A stretch of 64,000 nucleotides of DNA, from assembly GCA_963663165.1 (NCBI GenBank), contig OY760175.1:5696001-5760000 (forward strand). The letters run 5' to 3'. The translations under genes were made by a program, and so were the position numbers. This DNA is from an uncultured Desulfospira sp. (GTDB lineage Bacteria; Desulfobacterota; Desulfobacteria; Desulfobacterales; Desulfobacteraceae). Shown piece by piece: positions 49,484-59,305 of the stretch (position 1 is the first letter of the stretch; each line of letters opens with the position of its first letter). The notes beneath the pieces were generated by a model, which was not told where the DNA came from, ran no database searches, and saw nothing but the letters and a program-made list of their open reading frames with translations.

Positions 49484-49755
49484 ATAAGAAAGATATCAAT
49501 AAGCTATTGAGTTCTTTCGACTTTTGTTGTGGGTTGTACCTCAGTGCTGATATGTCAGGTCAGCCCGTGGCTGTTATATGAAAGTCTCACTAACAGCGTG
49601 ATAAGACTTTCATTATTCGTTGTGGGCGATACTTGGTTGGATAACCAAGGCGGCCCGTGGCCGTTATATGAAAGAATCTGCAAGCTGCTGTAATTCTTTC
49701 ATGCTTTGTTGTGGGCCGAACCGGATTAACAATCCAATCGGCCCGTGGCCGTTAG
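49484..49755 (+). repeat. ~90-bp double-hairpin repeat array, locus 3
   Basis: Units at 49486, 49578 and 49668, preceded by a T10 run. Confidence 0.92.
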
Positions 49756-50235
49756 TTCGGATTTTATGGCCCTGATTCTTTCTTCAATGTCAAAGGCGTT
49801 GATGTCCTGACCCGGAAAAATGGCGATTCTTTTATACAGTTCGAGCAGCTCTTTTTCCAGTTTGACCGGCCTTGCCTTTTCAATGGAGAAATAGGCAAAC
49901 ATGGTGAGCATGACGGATTTGACCTGTTTTTCCTTGGGGCTGATCATGACAAACTCAACCAGGTTTCTTAAGGCATCAAAGGTGAGCATCCGGCTCCAGA
50001 TTTCTAAGTCTTCTCCCATGCGGGCAGGTTTGAGATACCGGATGTTGTGGGAGACCACGGCCCAGCCTTTTCCTGTTTTTTTCGCATGTTCAAAAACATC
50101 CAGGATGTGGTTGGTTCTCAGCTGTTCTTCCCTGGCATTGAGGAAATAGCTCAGGTAATGGGCATTGTTCAGATGGGAATAAGGATCACAGTCTTCAAAA
50201 TTGACCCTTTTTATACTTTTCATGGCCTGTTGCAT
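49726..50235 (-). CDS. acyl-CoA thioesterase (4HBT/FcbC-like)
   Basis: DCDPYSHLNNAHYLSYFLNARE motif. Confidence 0.85.
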   Translation of the reverse strand: MQQAMKSIKRVNFEDCDPYSHLNNAHYLSYFLNAREEQLRTNHILDVFEHAKKTGKGWAVVSHNIRYLKPARMGEDLEIWSRMLTFDALRNLVEFVMISPKEKQVKSVMLTMFAYFSIEKARPVKLEKELLELYKRIAIFPGQDINAFDIEERIRAIKSELTATGRLDC

Positions 50236-50359
50236 GGGGCTTATTTATAGAACCGGCGATGAAAATACAAGAGAAAATAATGGGCTTGATCCCGAGGCTG
50301 GTTTGTGGGAAGGTAGACATACCTTCAAACCGCTCCGCCAAACAATATGGAGCCATGCC

Positions 50360-51745
50360 ATGGAAATAGAACATATATTGGACAGGTTGTCCCAGGGGAC
50401 AACGGAAATTATTCTTGAAAGCATTTCCGACGGGGTGTTTACCGTGGACCATGAATGGAAGATCCTGTCCTTTAACCGGGCGGCTGAAAAGATTACCGGA
50501 ATTTCCAGGGAGGACGCCATCGGCAGCTTCTGCTGGAATGTGTTCCGGTCCAATATGTGTGAGGACCGGTGCGCCTTGAAAAAAGCCATGGAAGAGGGGC
50601 GGTCCTGTTACTGCACGTCCACCTATATTATTAACGCGGACAAAGAAAAAATCCCCACCACAGTGGCCACAGCCCCGTTAAAGGACCGGAACGGCAATAT
50701 CATCGGCGGCGTGGAAACTTTCAGGGACCACAGCCTGGTCGAAGGATTGAGAAAAAAACTGTTCAACGGGTTTTGCCTCGGGGATATGATCAGCCGCAGT
50801 GCGGCCATGGGCAAGATTTTCAAGATTCTGCCCCAGATCGCCCAGAGCGATTCCACGGTCCTGATCACCGGCGAGACCGGAACGGGAAAAGGGCTTCTGG
50901 CAAAGGCCATTCATGATTTGAGCTTAAGGAAAGGCCATCCGTTTGTGGAAATCAACTGCGGGGCGTTCCCGGATACCCTTCTGGAATCTGAGCTTTTCGG
51001 CTACAAGGCCGGGGCCTTTACCCATGCGGTCAAAACCAAGCCCGGCCAGTTTTCCCTTGCCGATAAAGGGACCATTCTCTTAGATGAAATCGGAGACACC
51101 AGCCCGTCATTTCAGATCAAGCTGCTCAGGGTCTTAGAAGAAAAATCCTTTCTGCCTTTGGGGGCTGTTAAAAAAGAACATGTGAATGTCCGGATTATTG
51201 CCGCCACCAACAAGGATATCAACCGGATGGTGGATAAGAACAGCTTCCGGCAGGATCTGTTTTACCGGATCAACGTGGTCCAGCTCAGACTGCCGCCCCT
51301 GCGGGAAAGAATGGAGGACATCCCGGCGCTTGTGGATCATTTTATTAAAAATTTAAACCGGATCCGGGGCACCTCGGTGACCGGCATCAGCCGGTCTGCC
51401 TTAGAGTTTCTCATGGCCCATGATTACCCGGGGAACATCAGAGAACTTGAAAATATCGTGGAGCATGCCTTTGTCCTGTGTACCCGAGGAGAGATCCTTC
51501 CCGAACACCTTCCCCACCATATCAGCAGTGAAACCGAACCCTTTGAAACGGAACCCGGTTTTGAAAAGTTCCCCTTAAAGGCAGCTGAAATAAAGGTCAT
51601 TAAAACCTACCTGAAAAAACACAACTATGACCGGAAGGCCACGGCCAAAGCCTTGGGCATCCATAAAAGCACCCTGTTTCGGAAGATCAATAAGCTCGGG
51701 ATCACGCTGCCCGCCATTGACGGCCGGTTCAGGAAGAGGGGGTAG
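50360..51745 (+). CDS. PAS-domain sigma54 activator (OrpR-like)
   Basis: PAS with C-x8-C-x3-C (CWNVFRSNMCEDRC), GETGTGKG, GAFTHA, HTH; GGAG RBS before ATG 50360. Confidence 0.88.
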   Translation: MEIEHILDRLSQGTTEIILESISDGVFTVDHEWKILSFNRAAEKITGISREDAIGSFCWNVFRSNMCEDRCALKKAMEEGRSCYCTSTYIINADKEKIPTTVATAPLKDRNGNIIGGVETFRDHSLVEGLRKKLFNGFCLGDMISRSAAMGKIFKILPQIAQSDSTVLITGETGTGKGLLAKAIHDLSLRKGHPFVEINCGAFPDTLLESELFGYKAGAFTHAVKTKPGQFSLADKGTILLDEIGDTSPSFQIKLLRVLEEKSFLPLGAVKKEHVNVRIIAATNKDINRMVDKNSFRQDLFYRINVVQLRLPPLRERMEDIPALVDHFIKNLNRIRGTSVTGISRSALEFLMAHDYPGNIRELENIVEHAFVLCTRGEILPEHLPHHISSETEPFETEPGFEKFPLKAAEIKVIKTYLKKHNYDRKATAKALGIHKSTLFRKINKLGITLPAIDGRFRKRG

Positions 51746-51750
51746 TGGCC

Positions 51751-51766
51751 TGGCATGTTCTTTGCT
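51751..51766 (+). promoter_or_regulatory. sigma54 promoter
   Basis: TGGCAT-GTTCT-TTGCT. Confidence 0.75.
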
Positions 51767-51826
51767 CTAAAATATAGATGAGATCCCGGAATCCACAAAG
51801 TTCGACAGGCAAAGGAGCAATTATCA

Positions 51827-52186
51827 ATGAAACTGGCCGTGACCGTCTGGGAGCAAAGAGTTTCTCCGGTTTTTGATTCGGCCCGGACTCTTTTGGTTGC
51901 CCAGGTTAAACACCAAAAAATTCAAAGTGTTTTCTACCATCCCTTTAACCCCCGGCAGGAGGCAGGGGGGCCGGCAGGGGAACTGTCTGAATTGGGTATA
52001 GAGGTGCTGATTTGCGGCGCTATCTCACAAAATGATGCCTTTTTGATTGAGGCCGCCAACATCCGGCTGATCCCGTTTATCGCCGGTGATGCAGACCGGA
52101 TTCTGGAGCTATACGCCGGCGGCAGGCCCATTATTCCCCGGTTTTTAATGCCGGGATGCAAAGAAAACCGGCCAAGTGTTTTATAG
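51827..52186 (+). CDS. NifB/NifX-like (dinitrogenase FeMo-cofactor family) small protein
   Basis: RVSPVFDSA, VLICGAIS and FLMPGC motifs. Confidence 0.8.
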   Translation: MKLAVTVWEQRVSPVFDSARTLLVAQVKHQKIQSVFYHPFNPRQEAGGPAGELSELGIEVLICGAISQNDAFLIEAANIRLIPFIAGDADRILELYAGGRPIIPRFLMPGCKENRPSVL

Positions 52187-52189
52187 GGT

Positions 52190-52223
52190 TGCAATATTGC
52201 ATTTTACATGTGGGCAATATTGC
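52190..52223. promoter_or_regulatory. tandem palindromic enhancer-like sites
   Basis: GCAATATTGC at 52191 and 52214, ~100-130 bp upstream of a sigma54 promoter. Confidence 0.7.
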
Positions 52224-52319
52224 GTTATTCTTTGAGTTGCCCGGGGCAGGGGTCATTTTTCATAAAATTTTTGGCCTGTATTTTAGGACCTTACAATAAG
52301 TGGTGCAATTGGATGGCTC

Positions 52320-52335
52320 CGGCATGAAGTTTGCT
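52320..52335 (+). promoter_or_regulatory. sigma54 promoter of the kinase-hdr operon
   Basis: CGGCAT-GAAGT-TTGCT. Confidence 0.7.
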
Positions 52336-52469
52336 CTTTACTTGTTGTTAAGGCTTAATTAAGGTAACAAAGTGTTTGCCATTTTGGCGACCGGCTTCTC
52401 CTGTTCCTGTTCTTAACATCGGCGAAAGCTGCAGCCGGACCATCGTAAGATGAGCATATAGGAGGTCTG

Positions 52470-54038
52470 ATGGCCCTTCCGGTAAGCTGGAAAATTTTGC
52501 TCATAGATGATGAAAAAGATATCCGGGAAATTATCGGCATTACCCTGGAAGATGCCGGATATACGGTTGTCTATGCCCCTGACGGCCATACCGGCCTTAT
52601 GCTGGCGGCCCGGGAAAACCCCCAGATCGTGATCACGGACATCAAGATGCCCGGCCTGAACGGCCTGGAAGTCCTTGAAAAAATAAAAAAGCTCAAGCCG
52701 GAAACCGAAGTTATCGTCACCACAGGGTACGGCGATGTTGAAAAGGCGGTGACCGCCCTTCAATACGATGCCTCGGATTTTATTTCCAAACCCATTGAGG
52801 ACAAGACCCTTCACATGGCCCTGAAACGGGCCAAACAGCGGTATCTGGACAGAAAACAACTCTCGGACTACACCCTTTTACTGGAAAATGAAAACCTGAA
52901 AACCAGTGCCGAGCTGGTTAAAAATGTGGAATTTCAAAGCAGCCTGATTGAAAATTCCATGGACGGCATCCTTGGATGCGACCACCAGGATCTGGTGATT
53001 ACCTATAACCGTTCCATGGAAAACCTGCTCGGATACCCAAAGACCGAAGTTTTAAAGAAAAGGAAGATCCAGGAGCTCTTTGCCCCGGATGCGGTTTCCC
53101 GCCTGAAACAGGATCTTGCCGGCAAAGGCTTTGGGGGGATCAATAAGCTGACCTTTTATGAAACCGCCATGCTGTCACAGCATAAGGAAGAGATCCCGGT
53201 CCAGCTGTCCGGGTTTATTTTAAGGCCGGACAACATGGAAGACGTCATGGTTCTCTTTGTGGCTGATCTTCGCCAGGTCAGGAACCTGGAACAGGAAAAA
53301 GCGGACCAGGCCCGGATGCTTCACCAGGAAAAGATGATTTCCTTGGGACGGCTTGCCGCCTCCATTGTTCATGAGATCAACAATCCCCTGTCCGGGATAT
53401 TAAATTATATCCGGTTGATGATTAAAAAGCTGGGAAGGGAAATTGAAAACGGCGAAGGATCTGAAGAATCGGAAAAATTCAAGTCCTACCTGACCATTGT
53501 AGAATCCGAAACCCAGCGGTGTTCGGACCTGGTTTCCGGGCTACTCAAATTTTCCCGGAAGACCACCCTGGAAAAAAAGAAGATTGACGTCAATGAGCTT
53601 GTGGACCACAGCCTGATGCTGTGCAACCACAAGCTCGAACTGAGCAACATTGTGCTTAAAAAAAAGTACGCCCCGGGCACTTCTCATGTGTTTGGCGATT
53701 TCAACCAGTTGGAACAATGCATCATCAACCTGATTTTCAATGCCATCGACGCCATGGAAAAGGGCGGTATCCTGGTGGTGAAAACCGGGTTCCTCAAACA
53801 GGAAAACCTGGTTTTTATTTCCGTTAAAGACAATGGCAAAGGCATCCCAAAACAGGAACTCAACTTTATATTTGAGCCTTTTTTCACCACCAAAAAGGAA
53901 GGGCACGGTGTGGGCTTAGGCCTGTCCACGGCCTACGGCATCGTGGAAAACCATAAAGGAACCATTGTGGTGGAGTCCATTGAGGACCTGGGCTCGGAGT
54001 TTATGATTAAGTTGCCGCCCGAAAGGGAAATAGGCTGA
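52470..54038 (+). CDS. cytoplasmic hybrid histidine kinase (REC-PAS-HisKA-HATPase)
   Basis: LIDDE / TDIKMPG receiver, PAS, VHEINNPL, FEPFFTTK..GVGLGL; no TM segment. Confidence 0.92.
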   Translation: MALPVSWKILLIDDEKDIREIIGITLEDAGYTVVYAPDGHTGLMLAARENPQIVITDIKMPGLNGLEVLEKIKKLKPETEVIVTTGYGDVEKAVTALQYDASDFISKPIEDKTLHMALKRAKQRYLDRKQLSDYTLLLENENLKTSAELVKNVEFQSSLIENSMDGILGCDHQDLVITYNRSMENLLGYPKTEVLKKRKIQELFAPDAVSRLKQDLAGKGFGGINKLTFYETAMLSQHKEEIPVQLSGFILRPDNMEDVMVLFVADLRQVRNLEQEKADQARMLHQEKMISLGRLAASIVHEINNPLSGILNYIRLMIKKLGREIENGEGSEESEKFKSYLTIVESETQRCSDLVSGLLKFSRKTTLEKKKIDVNELVDHSLMLCNHKLELSNIVLKKKYAPGTSHVFGDFNQLEQCIINLIFNAIDAMEKGGILVVKTGFLKQENLVFISVKDNGKGIPKQELNFIFEPFFTTKKEGHGVGLGLSTAYGIVENHKGTIVVESIEDLGSEFMIKLPPEREIG

Positions 54039-54121
54039 AGACTGAAGGTGTGGAGAGTATTGATATACTTCAGCCTTCAGCCTAAACCCCTTCAGCCTCA
54101 CAACCAACATGGGAGGACTGT

Positions 54122-57100
54122 ATGACCCAAGCACGACCAGAACCAGACCGTTCACACCCACCCCAGCTCAAGATCGGCTTTTACATCTGCCACTGCGGGG
54201 TGAACATTGCCGGCAAGGTGGATGTGGAAAACGTCAGGGATTATGTGGCAACCCTTGAAGGGGTCCATGTGTCAAGGGATTACAAGTTCATGTGTTCCGA
54301 GCCGGGCCAGGCCATGATTGAAAAAGACATCAAAGAACAGGGCCTTAACCGGGTGGTGGTGGCCTCCTGTTCGCCAAGGCTCCATGGCAAGACTTTTATG
54401 GAGGCCTGCCGGCGGGCCGGGCTCAATCCCTATTACTTTCAGATGGCCTCTGTCCGGGAGCAGGTATCCTGGGTCACGGCTGATGAAATTGTGGCCACCA
54501 CCAAGGCCAGGCACCTGGCCCACGCGGCGGTGGACCGGGTCAAATACCATGCCAGCCTGACCACCAAAACCAGCGGGGTCAATCCCAACGTGGTGGTGAT
54601 CGGCGGCGGGATCGCCGGCATGCAGGCGGCCATTGATATCGGCAACTCAGGCCATAAGGTTTTTCTCATTGAAAAGGACACCACCATTGGCGGCCACATG
54701 CTCCAGTTTGACAAAACCTTTCCCACCCTGGACTGTGCCGCCTGTATCGGGACCCCCAAGATGGTGGAGGTGGGCCAGAACCCCAACATTGAACTGCTCA
54801 GCTTCAGTGAAGTGACGGATGTATCCGGGTTTATCGGCAATTTTACCGTCACGGTCAAACGCAACCCCCGGTATGTGAGAGAAGACCTGTGTACGGGATG
54901 CGGGGAGTGCGCCAAGGCCTGTCCCGTATCTATTCCCAATTCATGGGATCTGGGCATGGCCGACCGGAAAGCCACCGGCCGGGCCTTCCCCCAGGCCATT
55001 CCCATTACCTTTAATATTGAAAAAAAGGATCGGGCCCCCTGTCAGGAGACCTGTCCGGCCGGTATCAATGTCCAGGGGTATATCCAGCTGATCAAGCTTA
55101 AAAAATTTGACCTGGCTGCCAAAATGGTCATGGAACGGGCCCCCTTTCCCGGGGTTCTGGGCCGGGTCTGTCCCCACCCCTGTGAAAGCCAGTGCCGCAG
55201 AAGCCAGGTGGACCAGCCGGTGGCCATCCGGGAACTCAAGCGGTTTGCCGCAGACCTGGGGTTCCCAGGACCCGAAGATATTCCCAAAATTCTGGACCGG
55301 GACGAGAAAGTCGCTGTTATCGGTGCCGGCCCCTGCGGGCTGACCGCCGCTTATTTTCTGCGCTTAAAGGGGTACCGGGTCACGGTGTATGAAAAATTGC
55401 CCGTCCCCGGCGGCATGCTCAAGACCGGGATTCCTTCCTACCGCCTGCCCGACAAGGTACTGGACCAGGAGATCAACCATATCCTGGATCACGGGGTAAC
55501 CCTGGTCACGGGCAAGGCCTTTGGCACGGATATTACTTATGACGGCCTGGTCAGTGACGGGTTTTCTGCGCTGTTTTTAAGTGCCGGGGCCCATGTATCC
55601 CTGACCTTAGGGCTTGCTGGAGAAACCGACACCCCGGGGGTGATGGATGCGGTCTCTTTTTTAAGGGATGTGAACCTGGGGAATCATACGGATCTGGGCG
55701 CTAAAGTGGTGGTGATCGGCGGGGGCAACGTGGCCGTTGACGCGGCAAGGTGTGCCCGGCGGATCAAAGATGCCGCCGTGACCATCCTTTACCGGAGAAC
55801 CCGGGATGAAATGCCCGCCTATGCCGAGGAAATTGAGGGGGCCATAGAAGAGCGTGTTGAACTTGAGCCCCTGACCACACCCATCGGCATTAAATCTGAA
55901 AACGGCCGGGTTACCGGGCTGCAATGTGTTAAAAACAAGCTTGGCGAGCCTGATGCCTCGGGCCGGCGCCGGCCGGTGATCATTGAAGGCTCTGAATTTG
56001 TAATCCCCTGTGACACTATTATTCCGGCCATTGGCCAGCAGACCGACTTTTCCTGGGCCGACACCATCCCCGGATTTGAGGTTACCCGGAACAACCGGGC
56101 CAAGGTAGACCCTGAAACCCTCCAGACCACGGTGGATAATCTGTTTGCCGGAGGGGATATGGTAACCGGGCCTGCCACGGTCATTGAGGCCATTGCCCAG
56201 GGCCGCCGGGCGGCTTTGGGAATAGATGCCTTTATTAACAAGCGGCTTGGGCAAAAAAGCGAAGCATCCGGGGCAGATCAGGACAGGATAGACCACGCTG
56301 CACCGGACTGGGCAGACATCCCGGAAGATACGAAGGTCCAGGATCGGGCCCACGGAAAATGGGCGGCCCCGGATTCAAGGGTCCGGTCTTTTGCGGAGGT
56401 GGAATCGGGCCTGACCCGGGACCAGGCCGTAACAGAGGCCGAGCGCTGCCTGAACTGCGGGGTCTGCTGCGAGTGTATGGAATGCGTCCGGGTCTGCGAA
56501 GCCGGGGCCGTGGATCACTTCATGGAAGAGGAGGTCCTTACCCTCCAGGCCGGCTCCATTATCCTGGCCACGGGATACGATACCATGGATCCGGCCTTGA
56601 GCAAGCCGTTTGGGTATGGGAAATTCCCCAATGTTTTTTCAGCCCTTGAATTTGAGCGGCTGTCCAATGCCACCGGCCCCACAGGGGGTAAAATTCTCAT
56701 GCGCGATGAAACGGGCGGTTTTACCAAACCACCGGACAGCGTGGCCATTGTCCACTGCGTGGGCTCAAGGGATGTGAACCACCACCTGTATTGTTCCAGG
56801 GTCTGCTGCATGTATGCCTTAAAATATACCCATCTGATCAAGGAAAAGGTGGGCCACGATACAAAGGTTTATGATTTTTATATTGATATGCGCTGCTTCG
56901 GGGAAGGGTATGAGGAGTTTTATCAGCGGTGCCAGGAGGAGGGCACCATCTTTATCCGGGGCAAGGTGGCATCGGTTACAGATCATGCCGTATCCCCCGA
57001 AGAAAAGGGCAAGCTCATTGCCCTGGCCGAGGATACCCTGTTGGGGGAACCGGTCCGGGTGCCTGTGGACATGGTGATTTTGTGTACGGCCATCCAGGCC

Positions 57101-57556
57101 CGGGAAGATGCCCCGGACATTGGCAGGATTTTAGGGGTGAACCAGGGCGCAGACGGGTTTTTCTTAGAAGAACACCCCAAGCTCGGCCCCTTGAACACGG
57201 CATCTGAAGGCGTGTTCCTGGCCGGGTGCTGCCAGAAACCCATGGATATCCCGGACACGGTTTCCCAGGCGTCGGGGGCGGCGGCCAAGGCCCTGTCCTT
57301 AGCGACCCGGGGCGTGGTGGAAATCGCCCCCACCATTTCCCATATTGACCCGGATATCTGCATCGGGTGCAAAACCTGTATCGGGCTTTGCCCCTATTCC
57401 GCTATTGAATTTGATGAACGGCGCGGCGTGTCCGTGGTCAATGAGGCCGTGTGCAAGGGATGCGGCTCCTGCTCCGGGGTCTGTCCGTCCGGGGCTGCCG
57501 CCAGCCGCCATTTTACACCCAGACAGATTTTTGCAGAAATAGGAGGGATTCTTTAA
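54122..57556 (+). CDS. hdrA: HdrL-type heterodisulfide reductase subunit A with inserted GltD-like NAD(P)H-binding module
   Basis: CHCGVNIA, DKTFPTLDCAAC, HCVGSRD..YCSRVCCMYALK; insert at ~55030-56460 with GRVCPHPCE, GAGPCG, GGGNVAVD. Confidence 0.9.
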   Translation: MTQARPEPDRSHPPQLKIGFYICHCGVNIAGKVDVENVRDYVATLEGVHVSRDYKFMCSEPGQAMIEKDIKEQGLNRVVVASCSPRLHGKTFMEACRRAGLNPYYFQMASVREQVSWVTADEIVATTKARHLAHAAVDRVKYHASLTTKTSGVNPNVVVIGGGIAGMQAAIDIGNSGHKVFLIEKDTTIGGHMLQFDKTFPTLDCAACIGTPKMVEVGQNPNIELLSFSEVTDVSGFIGNFTVTVKRNPRYVREDLCTGCGECAKACPVSIPNSWDLGMADRKATGRAFPQAIPITFNIEKKDRAPCQETCPAGINVQGYIQLIKLKKFDLAAKMVMERAPFPGVLGRVCPHPCESQCRRSQVDQPVAIRELKRFAADLGFPGPEDIPKILDRDEKVAVIGAGPCGLTAAYFLRLKGYRVTVYEKLPVPGGMLKTGIPSYRLPDKVLDQEINHILDHGVTLVTGKAFGTDITYDGLVSDGFSALFLSAGAHVSLTLGLAGETDTPGVMDAVSFLRDVNLGNHTDLGAKVVVIGGGNVAVDAARCARRIKDAAVTILYRRTRDEMPAYAEEIEGAIEERVELEPLTTPIGIKSENGRVTGLQCVKNKLGEPDASGRRRPVIIEGSEFVIPCDTIIPAIGQQTDFSWADTIPGFEVTRNNRAKVDPETLQTTVDNLFAGGDMVTGPATVIEAIAQGRRAALGIDAFINKRLGQKSEASGADQDRIDHAAPDWADIPEDTKVQDRAHGKWAAPDSRVRSFAEVESGLTRDQAVTEAERCLNCGVCCECMECVRVCEAGAVDHFMEEEVLTLQAGSIILATGYDTMDPALSKPFGYGKFPNVFSALEFERLSNATGPTGGKILMRDETGGFTKPPDSVAIVHCVGSRDVNHHLYCSRVCCMYALKYTHLIKEKVGHDTKVYDFYIDMRCFGEGYEEFYQRCQEEGTIFIRGKVASVTDHAVSPEEKGKLIALAEDTLLGEPVRVPVDMVILCTAIQAREDAPDIGRILGVNQGADGFFLEEHPKLGPLNTASEGVFLAGCCQKPMDIPDTVSQASGAAAKALSLATRGVVEIAPTISHIDPDICIGCKTCIGLCPYSAIEFDERRGVSVVNEAVCKGCGSCSGVCPSGAAASRHFTPRQIFAEIGGIL

Positions 57557-58017
57557 TGAATGTCCAAGCGAACACCCAGGCCGTTGAACCGTCTTCTGAA
57601 CCGCCGGTATCCGCCTCAAATTCAGAACCGGTGATCATTGCCTTTGTCTGCAACTGGTGTACCTACACGGCCGCAGACCTGGCCGGCACCTCCCGCCTGA
57701 CCTATCCGGAAAATATCCGTCTGATCCGGGTCATGTGTACGGGCATGGTGGACCCCCAGTATGTGATCAAGGCCTTTCTGGAAGGGGCGGATGCGGTCCT
57801 GGTCTCCGGATGCCATCCCGGGGACTGCCACTATATCAACGGCAATTACAAGGCAAGAAGACGGATTCACATGCTCAAAACCATTCTGCCCCGGTTCGGC
57901 ATCGACACCAGACGGCTGCGGTTAACCTGGATCGGGGCCAGTGACGGGATTGAGTTTGCACATGTGATGACTCAGTTTAAGGATCAGGTGGTGGAGATGA
58001 TGAAAGCGGGAGAGTGA
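57556..58017 (+). CDS. mvhD: MvhD (methyl viologen-reducing hydrogenase delta subunit)
   Basis: FVCNWCTYTAADLAG, RVMCTG and GCHPGDCHY motifs; TAATG overlap with hdrA. Confidence 0.93.
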   Translation: MNVQANTQAVEPSSEPPVSASNSEPVIIAFVCNWCTYTAADLAGTSRLTYPENIRLIRVMCTGMVDPQYVIKAFLEGADAVLVSGCHPGDCHYINGNYKARRRIHMLKTILPRFGIDTRRLRLTWIGASDGIEFAHVMTQFKDQVVEMMKAGE

Positions 58018-58150
58018 ACAGGCGGGCAGGTGGGAAAGTGGGCAGGTGGGAAAGTGGGCAGGTGAGAAAGTGGGCTGGTGGGAAAGTGAGCGGGTGAGAA
58101 CATCGGGGGCTTTCAAGTTTTAGCCTGAAAATCTTAACCGGGAGGTTAGA

Positions 58151-59305
58151 ATGAAAGATCGTGTGGGCCTTATTGAACCGGAAGAGAACAGTATCGTTGG
58201 CGGGATTCGGGTTTTTTTTAAGGGGCTGCTGGAAAAAAAGATAGTGGATGCGCTGTTTTTGCCCATGGGCAGGGGAAAGGCCGGGGTGGTGATGCCGGCT
58301 TTGGTGACGGATCCGGGGCGACTGGACCGGGCGGAGCCGTTTTCTCCGTGCTTCCCTTTGAATTCGGGCCGGATGGCCTCCCGGATATCCTGGCGAAAGT
58401 CGGGCCGGAAAACGGCTGTTCTGTTAAGGCCTTGCGAACACCGGGCCTTTGTGGAGCTGGTCAAGCTCAAACAGGGCAGCCGGGACGAACTGATCCTGAT
58501 AGGGACCGACTGCCCCGGTGCCCTTTCATGGAAAGATGTTGACGGGTATCTGGCCGGGGGGGCATGGGATTCCGATGCCTTTGTGAAACAGGTGTTTGGC
58601 GGCAACCCGTCACCTTTTGAGGCGGATTTGAACGGATCTGGATTCAGCATGGCCTGTCAAACCTGTGAGCATTGCTTCCCTGAGAATACGGATATCAACC
58701 TGGTCCTTCACGGGGCAGATCTGGGTGCCGGTATCCTGGCCGAGGCGGTCACGGAAAAGGGCCAAACCGTTCTTGAGGCCATGACGCTGCCTAAGGCGGC
58801 ACTGCCGGACAACCGGGATGATTTAAAAGAGCAGATCCTGGCCGGTTCAGCCTCGGCCAATCAGGCCATGCTTGAAGGGATTGAGGCCAAAACCAATACC
58901 ATGGAAAAGCTTGAAACTTTCTTTGACCGGTGCATCAACTGTTATAACTGCCGGAACATGTGCCCGGTCTGTTATTGCCGGGAGTGTGTGTTCAACACCG
59001 ATGTCTTTGTCTATCAGCCGGTTCAGTACCTTCAATGGGCCGAGAACAAGGGCTGTGTAAAATTGCCCACGGACACGTTGTTTTACCACCTCACCCGCAT
59101 GGCCCATATGAGCCATGCCTGTGTGGGCTGCGGCCAGTGTTCCAATGCCTGTCCTTCGGATATCCCCGTGTTTGAGCTGTTCAAGAGCGTTGCGGCATTG
59201 ACCCAGGACGCCTTTGAGTACCGGCCCGGCATGGATGAGGACCAGGCCCCGCCCCTGGCCGTCTTCAGGGAGAAGGAGCTGGAGGAGGTTGTGGGGATTT
59301 CTTAA
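58151..59305 (+). CDS. FdhB/FrhB-like iron-sulfur protein
   Basis: RPCEHRAFVELVK..IGTDCPG, CINCYNCRNMCPVCYCREC and CVGCGQCSNACP motifs. Confidence 0.8.
   Translation: MKDRVGLIEPEENSIVGGIRVFFKGLLEKKIVDALFLPMGRGKAGVVMPALVTDPGRLDRAEPFSPCFPLNSGRMASRISWRKSGRKTAVLLRPCEHRAFVELVKLKQGSRDELILIGTDCPGALSWKDVDGYLAGGAWDSDAFVKQVFGGNPSPFEADLNGSGFSMACQTCEHCFPENTDINLVLHGADLGAGILAEAVTEKGQTVLEAMTLPKAALPDNRDDLKEQILAGSASANQAMLEGIEAKTNTMEKLETFFDRCINCYNCRNMCPVCYCRECVFNTDVFVYQPVQYLQWAENKGCVKLPTDTLFYHLTRMAHMSHACVGCGQCSNACPSDIPVFELFKSVAALTQDAFEYRPGMDEDQAPPLAVFREKELEEVVGIS

Noticed and set aside
49484..49755. 90-bp repeats as a CRISPR array (the ATGAAAG end resembles CRISPR repeat ends)
   Set aside because: Intervening sequences are short, self-complementary and largely shared between copies; there are only 2-3 units per locus and no cas genes.
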